Below are positions 1 through 10,602 of a stretch of 64,000 bases of DNA, in pieces. Below the pieces are notes generated by a model. That model did not search any database and was not told the origin of the DNA. It saw only the letters and a program-made list of their open reading frames with translations. Numbering within the stretch: position 1 is the first letter of the stretch; each line of letters opens with the position of its first letter. Made by a program: the position numbers and the translations under genes. Origin of the DNA: Lepidodermella squamata (taxonomy: Eukaryota > Animalia > Gastrotricha); contig JBLDXI010000007.1 of assembly GCA_047495785.1 (NCBI GenBank), positions 1,984,001 through 2,048,000 on the forward strand, in the 5' to 3' direction.

Positions 1-1425
1 GAAGAAGTGACGGGCATTAATCAAACTGCCGGCCATCATATGCATTAGACCTATGCATAAAAATGGCATTACTGAGCCAGGTGCGACTTGAGCAGCGGTA
101 ACATAGGCCGTAAGAGCATGATCGTGTTCACGTTGGTCCGCGAATGAATGGCCTCGAGCTAACCATGCAGCCGCAAAATGTGGCTGACGTTGAACAGCAC
201 GCGCAAATTGTTGCCTCGCGCCATCGTGATTACAAATTGCCAAATAGTAAACACCGGAAACGTAGCTGAAATTCGAAAATGCTAATCACCTCCAATAAAT
301 TAGACGGAACAACTTACTAGCACATGGCTGAACCAGGCTCATTTTCGGCGAGAACAGATCCGAGCCGGAAAAGTTCGTTGTAATCACCAGTCGAGTAAAG
401 AACAGCTACAAAAAGTAGCAGAGCTCGGTGATTGTGAGGATTACGTCGAACGCATGGCTCTAACAACCGCCTTGCACCGACGTAGTCCAGTTTCTGGTAT
501 AAAGATTCTGCTTTAACGCAAATGAGATCAGCATCGTCGAGAAAATTGTCGTGCAACACGGCGATTATGTTATTTTCATCGGTTGAGTTGTTCATATTGA
601 TATTCATTGGGGCAGTAGACGTCATTTGACAGTAAAGCAAGTAGGCAAAATTACGGCTCGAGTCGTTACTTCCGACGTTTTGACGCATAGCTGACAAAAT
701 CTCAGCTTCTAAAACACTCGAAGTTGAAAATAAGAAGTTGCGAGAGAATAATATTCTTACTCTTTGTGGTGGGAAGCAGATTTCCAGTAGCCAGGGCGTC
801 GAATGCCTCAATGCAGAAAACGTTATGTTGCAACGCCGAACGATAATGATGGACAGCAAGATCGATGTTGTTGAGAGACTTGAAAATTTCGGCGAGAAGG
901 AGGTGACATGATGACTCCAGCTGATAGATAAATTCCCCTGAAAATGCCTCGGGCAATTCGTTCTTGGCGGGACGGAAATTACGCACAAAGGCGGAAACGC
1001 TCTCCATAAAGCCGTCAGCTTCCAACAACTGGAGCGCTGGGCCGACTTTGTGAGCCGAAAACTATAAATTGAATCGTAAGCACAGAAATACTAGCCATAA
1101 CCATAACACTTACGTAGCACTTGGCCATAAAATAAGTGAACAAAGGAGCTCCCTCATGCCACCTGTTAACTTTGATAAGATCAGCAGCTTGTACGAATTT
1201 TCCAGATAAAAACAGAGATTGCACAAGTAAAAGCTTCGCCGTCAAGTTATCGGGACATATTTTCACCAATTTGTCGCTCCAAAACACAGCAGAATTGAAG
1301 TTGAACTAATGGAAAAGTCAATTAAAGTTGCGAAGAAAACGACCCAATAGAATGCGAACCATTTTCAACTGATTCAAAATCTCAGACATGAGCTGCTGAA
1401 ATAACGGATTCTTCGTTGGATCCAT
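1..1425 (-). CDS. CDC16: Anaphase-promoting complex subunit 6 (CDC16/APC6), 3' part runs off the window
   Basis: Exons 1425-1360, 1305-1114, 1061-761, 708-318 and 265-<1, joined by 52-54 nt GT-AG introns in frame. Protein reads MDPTKNPLFQQ...FNSAVFWSDKL...NVFCIEAFDAL...YVSGVYYL...AAWLARGHSFADQREHDHALTAYVTAAQ, matching remembered CDC16 motifs (ALFWADK; AWIAYGHSFAVESEHDQAMAAYFTAAQ). Confidence 0.92.
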
Positions 1426-2386
1426 TATCGTGAGCTGCAAACAAAATTCTAGTTAAAAGAAAACAGCAAATGAAAGAAAAAACCGGGCACAGAGGAACTG
1501 TGTGCGAGCATAAGTATTTCTGATCTGGGGAAAAATTCATCTGATAGGAAAGAACAATAATACACTGCACGGCAACGAGCAAAACGAGCTAAGGAGCCAA
1601 ATTAATTGTCAAGGAAGTTCACGAGTGATTTCAAATGAAGTAAGTAAGTAATTCGATGGCATGTGGCCCGCAATTTCCCCCGGCTTGCTCAGATGTTTTT
1701 CCTTGCGCATAATTTCCGAGTTTCGAATGACGCTTAAGTTCCGAGACACGAGACATCACCAAGGTTGAGAGAGGCCTGAATGAAACTAGGCCAAAAATAC
1801 TAATGCGAACGTTCGAGAAATCTTGCATCACTCGCATTCTGAAAATTGCGCGCGCAAAGCGTAAAATGATTAATTTTTCGCGAAAATTGGCAACAGAGTT
1901 GACAGAAATCTTGTTTCTAAAGCATATGGAATTTGCTTGATCAATGTTGGTAAATTATTATACGGCAAGGTCATCTGATGTAGTGGGCCGCGAAATCTTT
2001 TGCGCGTTGTCATAAACCGCCCAGCCCAACCGGCGTTCAATTGTGGGCACATTGGCTGTCTGCTGGCTAATGGCATGTGACATGGGCTACGGTTTGTGGG
2101 ACACGGTTTATAATTTAAGCATTTTTCATCTGGCTTTTCCGCGAGACATAGCTTTGCATGAGCGTATTCAGCAACCAGTGTCCAGTGTCCAGTGTTTTCT
2201 TGTTCTCCGATACGTTGTGTCAATGTTGCTGTTGGCTGTCATTGCTATTATCTTGCTTTTTATTTATCAGCTATCAATTATCAAGTATGGCATAATCGAA
2301 TCTGGTTCTCTATTCACTATATACGATGCGCAATTTGTTTAATAATCGGATCTCTATCGATTTTTATCAAAATGACTTTATAGGGC
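1426..2386. promoter_or_regulatory. Probable bidirectional promoter between CDC16 and the plus-strand gene array
   Basis: Only head-to-head junction between host genes in the window. Contains palindromes TTGCGCGCGCAA (~1846-1857) and TTTTCGCGAAAA (~1875-1886). Inferred from gene geometry. Confidence 0.4.
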
Positions 2387-4633
2387 ATGCGTATTTCAGA
2401 GTATTTTCGCAACTTCGAGGCGTACCATCATAGTTGCGAGGTCTTAGCTGATGAGTTCATATCCAGCGAGATTTTAAAGGTTCCTGTCGCTAATTTTGCT
2501 ATGAAAGTAGTCAACGAGATCCTCCCGAATTCCGCGGAGAATCCAGCTGCATTTGCGTCAGGGACCAAGCTAAGGTCTGAAGGAAACGACTTCTTTATCG
2601 ATCGGAAATACGATGCTGCTTTAGCTAGCTATCAACATGCCATCCCGTTGATGCCCTTTGACGCAAAGCTTCGCACTAACATAGCTGCGGTCTATTTGAA
2701 GATTGATAAGCCGGAGTTAGCCGCCGCGTCTGCTTTCTCCGCTTGTGCCTTGGACCCGTCTTGGTCGAAAGCATATCATTATGCTGCAGTCGCATATTTT
2801 TACATTGGTTACACTGACTTGGCGTCGAAAATTCTGGCGATTGATGGGTCAGTTGAATCCTTGAAAACGATGCAGGCTTTTGAGAAATTGGCTCTCATGA
2901 GAGACATGGAGAGTATTTTATTGGATGAGAGAGATCTATTAACTACCATCGACCGTTTGAATCATGAGATTTCCGCCGATTACTCCTTGTTCTTGCTGGG
3001 ACATATATTAAAACACGTTGAATTCAATGGCTCGAGCTTTGTTGCCTCGCGGATCTCATACAATGATTTTGCTAATGCCGGTGTCTTGACTCGCTTGTTA
3101 AATTCGGCAGTGTCTATTGTTGACCTCAGCGATTCCGAAAGAATTTTGCTTCAACTATTTCTGCGCATCATTGGAAAGCTAGGCCTTGATGTGCCAAGCT
3201 TTCTGTCCGGTTTGATTGCAGACTGTCGCTTCGTTTCGTTTTTGACTTTTCTGTGCAAAGACATTCTCAGTTTGGAAATGTCTCGTGACATCTGGAGCAA
3301 TAATCTTCTGGTGTCGATGCTCACCAATCTATCCAATATAATATGTGCGATTCTCAAGTCTAATTCGCAATATTCCTTGTTGGACAAGAATTTATTTGCT
3401 AGCCCTGACACATACGTTTCACTGATGTTTCGCTTGATATTATCGTTTAGTTGCAAACCATCTCGTGTGGCGTTGAGCGAATCATTTATTGGCCTCGCTG
3501 AAACTCTATCGAACCTGATAATGTCGGATCTCTTGTATCTTCGACCTCTCGGACCTCATGTTAATTGCACCTTCTCACTGTGGACCGCAGTCTCGTTTTT
3601 GGGATTCTGGTGCTCGGTAGAAGCCAAGTTCGGTGACCGAACAATCAACGAAAAGGATCTGCCGGTCAAACACCGCTTTTCTTTCGCTCGAATTTTATCT
3701 TTTCTAACAAAAGACCCAAAAATAATCCGATATTGTGCTCATCGATCTGAAACTTGGGCTGTATGTTTTCGAACCTTTTCCCTGATTCTTGCGAATGCGG
3801 AGAAGTTGTCGATGCTCGGATTCGATGTTCAACAAGAAGTCTATGGTGTAATGAGCGTTGCTTTGAAATTTACGGCGCATAATTCCTTAGCACACATCAA
3901 AGAAATGACTGCTATCTGGACGCATGAACTGAGCCGGGATACAGCTCGTGTATTCTGTGATATTTTCGAGAAATGTATTGAAAACAACTCATTACTGCCT
4001 CAAAAGTTTATATTCGGACTTTCCACTTTGTGCCTTCGATTACTGCAATGCTCGAGTGCCTTTTCTAACGCATTTTTTAAAATCTGTGATTACAAGCTGT
4101 TGTTGAGTGTGATTACTCACATCGTGACTCTTGACGAGTCAAAGTCAAATTCCCGGTCTGCTTTCAGCATCTATGTTTTGTCGCTTCAGTCGCCTTACGC
4201 TGTCGCTCCTGATTATGGCAGGTTGTATTTTTTGTTCGAATACGCTGTCACAACGATTTTTGACCCAAGCTCGTCCTCAGCGGATGTTGCTAATGCTTGT
4301 ATTTGCCTTGATTGTTTAATCGGGTTCTCGGATGAGAATTTCCTAATTTTGCGCCAAGTTTTGACAAAAAGGCCTGCTGGTTTGCTACGTCTAGTCGATT
4401 CTTTGGTTTCGTTTTTCGCCTACTTGAACACCTGTCGATCAGTTGCATCCGAAGCCCGTGCTCCTCCGGTTGCCTTTCTCGTCACAGATTTGGCTGCTGC
4501 CTCTGCCACAAAATTACTGGCCACGTTTATTGAACAAGACCCTGGTATCAGAGATTTGATGTACCCAAAATTTACAAATGACATTTATTACGACATTTGC
4601 CAATCAATGGCAAATCTTAATTCAATCAATTGA
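2387..4633 (+). CDS. TPR + alpha-solenoid (ARM-like) protein, paralog 1 (748 aa, intronless)
   Basis: LRSEGNDFF..KYDAALASY...P.DAKLRTNIAAVYLK...DPSWSKAY is a three-TPR co-chaperone-type domain, followed by a long Leu-rich helical region. Architecture resembles TTC12/UNC-45. Confidence 0.8.
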   Translation: MRISEYFRNFEAYHHSCEVLADEFISSEILKVPVANFAMKVVNEILPNSAENPAAFASGTKLRSEGNDFFIDRKYDAALASYQHAIPLMPFDAKLRTNIAAVYLKIDKPELAAASAFSACALDPSWSKAYHYAAVAYFYIGYTDLASKILAIDGSVESLKTMQAFEKLALMRDMESILLDERDLLTTIDRLNHEISADYSLFLLGHILKHVEFNGSSFVASRISYNDFANAGVLTRLLNSAVSIVDLSDSERILLQLFLRIIGKLGLDVPSFLSGLIADCRFVSFLTFLCKDILSLEMSRDIWSNNLLVSMLTNLSNIICAILKSNSQYSLLDKNLFASPDTYVSLMFRLILSFSCKPSRVALSESFIGLAETLSNLIMSDLLYLRPLGPHVNCTFSLWTAVSFLGFWCSVEAKFGDRTINEKDLPVKHRFSFARILSFLTKDPKIIRYCAHRSETWAVCFRTFSLILANAEKLSMLGFDVQQEVYGVMSVALKFTAHNSLAHIKEMTAIWTHELSRDTARVFCDIFEKCIENNSLLPQKFIFGLSTLCLRLLQCSSAFSNAFFKICDYKLLLSVITHIVTLDESKSNSRSAFSIYVLSLQSPYAVAPDYGRLYFLFEYAVTTIFDPSSSSADVANACICLDCLIGFSDENFLILRQVLTKRPAGLLRLVDSLVSFFAYLNTCRSVASEARAPPVAFLVTDLAAASATKLLATFIEQDPGIRDLMYPKFTNDIYYDICQSMANLNSIN

Positions 4634-5694
4634 TTACCTAGACATACTTGCTCAACCTGTGCCTATTATTACCACTAATTTTTTCACTTAATAAATTTCA
4701 GTGTATTACAACATGTAATAGGTGGTTAAATAAAACATGGGTGAATGTTTTATTTGGCTTGAATTGAATGGCACAATACGATGAAAATTTGTTCAAGGAT
4801 GCTTTAAACTACGGCAAGCAATTCATTTACGTTTCGGTTCAAGACAACGAACATGTTTGTCACACTGCTGTCGCTGAAAATGTTATCGTGACGTTTCGTC
4901 ATACCGTTCATACCTCCTGGCCCATCAAGTTTCCAAAGTTCGCGCTTACTTCTCCCGGTAAGTTGAAACTATTTCTTGCCAATGCAATATCTGAACTATA
5001 TGTCGATATAGACATGACGTACTTTCAGCTTGGCTTTTCTCCAGAAACTCCAGAATCGTTGAGTTTTACTGTCGGTAATATCACCAGTCAGCCTTATGAC
5101 AGTTTTGGGCATGTTTTCGGCGATGCTGGATTTCGTCCTGGAGAATCTGGGGGACCGTGTTTTAACGCATTTGGAAGGGAACTTGTTGGTATTGTCGTCG
5201 GCGCTGCTATTGCGACGGGCATCTCAGGATCAACTACGTTCAATCACTTGGCTACTCAGTATTCGCCACTAGCTCTTATTACCCCACACATCGTTATTCA
5301 GGCGCTGATTAACTTGCCGTAGCGTTTTCCTCCTAGGATTTTATTTTTCGTTTTTCGCTGAAATAAAATAAAAAAATATTTTTTGAAAACAGATAAAAAA
5401 TATATAAAAATTTTTGAAACAAAAATACAATATATACATTTGTTTCAAATATTTCATTTTATTTCTTTTAGTAGTAGAGTAATACCGGAATATAAACGTC
5501 GTTATATCAACTAATTTTTTATTCCTTAAATTAAAAAAAAAATTAAAATTGAAAATTGAATTTTTTTAAATTAAATCTTAACTCAATCATTGCTAACTTG
5601 CTCAACTTGTGCATATTACTACCACTCATTTTTCACTTAACAAATTTCAGTGTATTACATGTAATAGGTGGTTAAATAAAACATGGGTGAATGT
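4612..5694 (+). repeat. ~125-135 bp direct repeat (4612-4748 and 5573-5694) flanking the protease-like ORF
   Basis: Both copies read aaatcttaa.tcaatca...cttgctcaac.tgtgc.tatta.taccact.atttttcacttaa.aaatttcagtgtattac...atgtaataggtggttaaataaaacATGGGTGAATGT. Confidence 0.92.
4768..5322 (+). pseudogene. Trypsin-like (Trypsin_2-type) serine peptidase ORF, probably internally deleted
   Basis: VIVTFRH (His motif) and GFRPGESGGPCF...ELVGIVVG (Ser motif). The His-to-Ser spacing is short and an out-of-frame upstream ATG at 4737 overlaps its start. Confidence 0.6.
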
Positions 5695-6171
5695 GGCGAT
5701 CAAAATTACCCACCGCCACCGCCTTATTACGCGCCACCACCTAGCTACTGCCAACCCTCTGTCTGGTACGGAAACGATCCTAGTCGAGTCTACGTCATCT
5801 TACCTCAAACAGTTCAACTGCAAACGCCTACGACAATCAAAGAAAACGAATGTCTTCGCAAATTCGCTCTTCCTATGTCAATAGCCAGCATGTTTTTCGG
5901 CTGTATTTGCTGTTCCATTCCTGCGCTGGCACTCGCGGGCAAAAAATACGGCGATAGTCAGAGCTACCGAGCTTCCATAATTCTGGCCTGCGTTGCCATC
6001 GCAACTAGTCTCGCAATCTTAGCCGTTGTTTTGATCGCTGTCGTTCATATGGTCAGCGTTTTCAACGACATCACTGCATCTCTTATGGCGCCTGAATTTA
6101 ATCACACAAGTTATTTGATGGGAGCCTTCGAGAACATTCGAAATGATTCAATCCAATTATTGAGAAATTGA
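5683..6171 (+). CDS. Proline-rich membrane protein, CD225/dispanin-like
   Basis: N-terminal YPPPPPYYAPPPSY, then SIASMFFGCICCSIPALALA and a second hydrophobic helix SIILACVAIATSLAILAVVLIAVV; typical dispanin/PRRT layout. Confidence 0.6.
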   Translation: MGECGDQNYPPPPPYYAPPPSYCQPSVWYGNDPSRVYVILPQTVQLQTPTTIKENECLRKFALPMSIASMFFGCICCSIPALALAGKKYGDSQSYRASIILACVAIATSLAILAVVLIAVVHMVSVFNDITASLMAPEFNHTSYLMGAFENIRNDSIQLLRN

Positions 6172-6557
6172 ATGTATTTTCTATTTTCTGCTGTAATCTT
6201 TGGTTATCTATTAGCTCAACATTTATATTTACAAATACTATCCTATATTTGTATCCTGGAATAACGTTACCTCAGACCCCCTATCATTCTTTCTATCTGG
6301 AAAAATGTTGTTGAAAAAGCGGTTTTATAATTTTACATGGAATAGCAATAGATCCTATTTTCTAGTATCGCTGTGATCTTTTGTTCATGAAATTATTTCT
6401 TAGAGTATTATGTGCATTATCAATCTCAGTTTATATATGGTGGAACTCATAAATGGTGTCTCTTATATTATATGAAACTTTAATCGAATTAAAAAAAAAT
6501 TTAATGAATTTTTCTGAAATTAGTTTGGCGGTGATTTTATTGATTTACAAGTGAAGA

Positions 6558-8950
6558 ATGGCGCAAAGAACGCCGCTGCTATTGCTTGAGAAGGTGTTTG
6601 GCGTTGAAGGGGCAAGCACGCCGCCGGACACGCGTGATAACTACACGTGTTTAAGCGAGCTGACATCGCCTGAGCGGGTTCGTGACTTTTTCGAGCTTCT
6701 TCGCCAGCAAATTATCGCTCGATCTCACGAAGAACGGCTAAACAATGCAGAACAACTGCGATTGGCTGGGAATAATTTCTATAAAGAGAAGAATTTTCTG
6801 GAAGCTCTTAGATGCTACAATGAAGCTGGCAAAGATGCGCCTTTTGAATGGCGAATTTTTTCAAACAAGGCGCTGTCTTTCATCGCCCTTGGTCGGTACG
6901 AAGAAGCAGTTATGAGCGCTCAATGGGCTTCGATTGCGAACCAAACCAACGGAAAGGGGGTTTCGCTTCAAGCCTCAGCCTATGCTCATCTAGGTTACGT
7001 TGATGTAGCTGAATATTTGATCGCGACAATGCTAGGGCGATTTTCCCGAGTTGAACAGAATGCTGCAAAGGCTGAGATTGAAAAGATTGCGGCGAAATTA
7101 CGCCCGGAAGATAAGAAATCGCTAACAGCTATGGACATGCATCGCAGTTGCGAAAAGTTGTTCGGTGACGAAAATTTAACGGCTGAAAATTGCGCCTTCT
7201 TAATCACTCATTTATTCCAAGCGGTGATCACATTTGGGAATGATGCCGTACTTCGCCTTGAATATAACGATTTTTTCTCTCGAATTTTCGCTGTCAAAGC
7301 CCTGAAGCGAATTTTCGTGCCTGATGCTGGCTTTGAGAATCACGGCGATTTGGAGTGGTACGTCCTGTACCAATTTTTCATGTTACTCCACATTTGCAGA
7401 CGTCAATTGGTGCGAAATGGCGAGGACATTCAGGCGTTTTTACGCCGATTGCTCAGCAGTCAGATTTTTGTTAAATTCCTGCAAAATTTTTGTGTTTATC
7501 TATCGAAGCGAGAAACCACCTTGACTTTCATTAAGCGGCGAACTTTCGGCCAGTGTGGTTGTGCTAACTTTTGCATTCAATTTTTGGGTTACGTCGGTGG
7601 CTTTGCTGAAATAAGGCGGAATTTTTTGAATATTACTCCACTGAACGTGCCGACCTGGTACCCTAAGGTATTGCTGCTCACCCTGTGTACGTATGACCCT
7701 TCCACCGGGTTGACAGACGGACTGCTATCGCTGCTGAATAATTTTTCAAAAGACGATTTTTTCTTCGATCAACTGCAAAATCTTCCGTCAGAAACTGTGG
7801 ATAAAGCGTTTGGGTTACTAGCTGTTGAGTCGATTATCTACGCCAGATTTCGACCCTCTGTAAAGCAGGGCCCGGATGACACTTCCTACCAGTACACGCC
7901 GCTAAAGGATGCATTTCCACCCCCGGCTTCTTTCATCCCATTCTGGCTAAATGCGACTAAAGATCAGAGGGCGTTGCCATTTTGCACGCGTCGATTGGGT
8001 CTGTGGTTGGATGTGACGTCAAGATTTACTCTATTCGGTTGCTGCGTTCTAGTCGATTTAGCTAAAAGGTCTTTCGAAAATAACGGTGAATTATGTGATT
8101 CAATCACGTTGCTGTCAAATCTCGTTTCCGGCGTTGATAAAATCGATGAATTACTCGCTCGTAACCCTCCCTGGGAAGAATACCCGCTTGTTATGCAGCA
8201 AATCGTCCCATCAATGCGGGTCCTATTGTCTTGTATCAAGAAGCGGATGAGGAGGAAGACGGCTTTGCCCGATGAAACTGCTGAGATGGTGCTCAATCTC
8301 ATTTCGTTATTGGCCGCTCGTTCGCAAAAATTCAGCACGGAAATGTCGTCTTCATATTCCGCAGCTGACCCAGGTATGTTCCAACTGTTTTAAGGAGGAA
8401 TTTTTAATAATTGGAATATTTTAATTCTCTAGGTTCTCTGTCGCGCTTGGCAGCTATATCAACGGCTGAGGGTGTCTCAAAAATGCCGTTGGTCCTGCGC
8501 CATGGAGCCCTGCATTGTTTTGCCCTATTAATCGGCGATGCTACGTATGAAAGTCGAACGAAACTATCGAAAAACAAGCATTTAGGCGGCTTCATCCGCC
8601 ATGCAATCAAAACCGTCGTCGATTTCCCGCCCGCCGGTGATAAATGCTCGCCAGTCGTCAAAAACGCATGCATAAGTTTATACCACCTATTAAATCCGGC
8701 CAATAGCGCTGATGTGCCTCGAGACGAATGCATTGGCATCGTTTTGCGGGAACTTCGCCAGTTGGACGAGCGAACTTTGGAATTGTTCGTCAAGCCGGTT
8801 TGCCGATTTGCGAAGCAGGTCGAGAGCGACCCGGCTAAAAAGAAGAAGAATCTCCTCGATGTCGCGGTTCCTTTTGCGAAATTGCTCAAGTCACTATGCA
8901 AAGTTGATGACAGAATCACTGCTATTGTTTCACTCGAATTCGGTCGCTGA
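6558..8950 (+). CDS. TPR-ARM paralog 2 (777 aa)
   Basis: Exons 6558-8373 and 8433-8950; 59-nt intron (CAG|gtatgt...ctctag) joins the two ORF-track entries in frame. TPR: LRLAGNNFYKEKNFLEALRCY...IFSNKA. Confidence 0.85.
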
Positions 8951-9499
8951 ATTTTTCTGAAAATCGCATGAAAATAACTTGTTAGAGATTTTATTCAGCG
9001 GTCGTTATTACTTATTTTTTCGAATTTATCCGTTTTGTGATCGCGTACTTGAAAATCTGATTATATTAGGGCCATAATATTCGAGAAAATTGGCGGGATT
9101 CAACAAATAATGAAAATCATGGTTTTATGATTTTGTAAGTCTCGTCGATTTTCATGGGTTGTCTTGAGCCGAATAATGTTAAAAAAATCTTATTCATAAA
9201 TGACAAGCATTTTCTTATCTGATTGGATTTATCACCGTTCTCATTCTAATCAATTTTTCACTTTTAGACATTTATGACGTAGTATTTTGCCGGTGTATTG
9301 GCTTATCGCTTGCGTGGCTTTCAGTCACTATAACCACGCACAAGGCCTCAATGTTTGCTCAGCGCCGCTTGCCATCTTTTTCCCATTGTATAATTGCCCA
9401 GTTCTGGTTGGACTAGAAAATCATTTTGACCCATTTCCGTAGTCCGTAGTGTACCTATTTAAGGCGGCTCAGTTCTTAATAGACTCCTTCATTTCTACA

Positions 9500-10492
9500 A
9501 TGCCTGCAATTCCTCAAGTCAAACGTTTGTCGTCCGGCTACGACATCCCTGTTGTCGGCTATGGTACTTTTCAAGCAAGGGATGCCGAGCAGCTGAAAAC
9601 CGCAGTCAAAGCTGCGATTCATGCCGGCTATCGTCACATTGATACAGCCCAATGTTACCTCAACGAACACATCATCGGCGAGGCCCTGCAAGAGCTGTAT
9701 GATGCTGGTGCTGTGAAACGGGAGGATTTGTTCCTCACGACCAAACTCTTCTGCACGCATTTCCGACCCGATTTGGTCGCTGATCAACTGCGGAAGGAGC
9801 TGAAAGACCTGCGTACAACTTATGTAGATCTGTACCTCATCCACTTCCCTGTTGCTTTTCAACCCCCGGAGCCAGGTCAGATGCTTCCATTCGGTGCTGA
9901 TGGCAAGATTAAGCTGGATTTGGAGACTACCCTTGAACAAACCTGGGCTGCTATGGAGAAGTGCGTCGAGTTGGGCCTGACTCGTTCTATCGGAATTTCG
10001 AACTTCAACATCGGCCAAGTTCAGCGAATTCTAAATGTTGCGAAAATAAAGCCGGCCGTCAACCAGGTCGAGTCAAACCCTGGCTTCCAAAACACTACAC
10101 AAATCGACTTCTGCCTGAAAAACGGGATTGAAATCATGGCTTACAGTCAATTTGGATCACCCGGCACTAAAAATTCAGCGACTGGCAAGGAGATGTGTGA
10201 TAAGAACTTCTTGGAAGATCCGACCTTGGTTGGAATCGGGGCGAAGTATGGCAAGAACACGGCCCAGGTGATTCTGAGATGGCAAATTCAACGCGGGCTG
10301 TTGGTGATTCCTAAAAGCACAACCCCTGCTAGAATCAGTGATAATATCAACGTGTGGGATTTCGAGCTGAATGACGACGAGATGAAATCAATCGCTGCCA
10401 TGGATTTGAACACGCGATTTATCTGGTTCGATTTACCTGGAATGCGAAGCCACCCCGAGTACCCTCATGCTCCCGATGGCACTAGTTGTTAA
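9500..10492 (+). CDS. Aldo-keto reductase 1 (intronless)
   Basis: GYGT, GYRHIDTAQCY, TTKL, LIHFP, IGISNF, VNQVE, VIPKS: full D/Y/K/H catalytic tetrad and NADPH-binding motifs. First ATG is at 9500. Confidence 0.95.
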   Translation: MPAIPQVKRLSSGYDIPVVGYGTFQARDAEQLKTAVKAAIHAGYRHIDTAQCYLNEHIIGEALQELYDAGAVKREDLFLTTKLFCTHFRPDLVADQLRKELKDLRTTYVDLYLIHFPVAFQPPEPGQMLPFGADGKIKLDLETTLEQTWAAMEKCVELGLTRSIGISNFNIGQVQRILNVAKIKPAVNQVESNPGFQNTTQIDFCLKNGIEIMAYSQFGSPGTKNSATGKEMCDKNFLEDPTLVGIGAKYGKNTAQVILRWQIQRGLLVIPKSTTPARISDNINVWDFELNDDEMKSIAAMDLNTRFIWFDLPGMRSHPEYPHAPDGTSC

Positions 10493-10602
10493 TTTATGCA
10501 GAAGAACAAATGACTGCTTGGAAAGCTTGAAACTAATTATTGATTCTTTTCGAGTAATTATCGAATGAATTTATTTTTAGATTTGTTAATCTATTGAATC
10601 TC

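Noticed and set aside
2043-2342. Hydrophobic 99-aa plus-strand ORF upstream of paralog 1
   Set aside because: Track start is a non-ATG codon, no convincing splice model and no recognisable family; may be real but unsupported.
9456-9494. TATA box plus initiator for AKR1 (TATTTAA ... TCATTT)
   Set aside because: Spacing is ~35 nt and such motifs are common in AT-rich DNA; not supportable alone.
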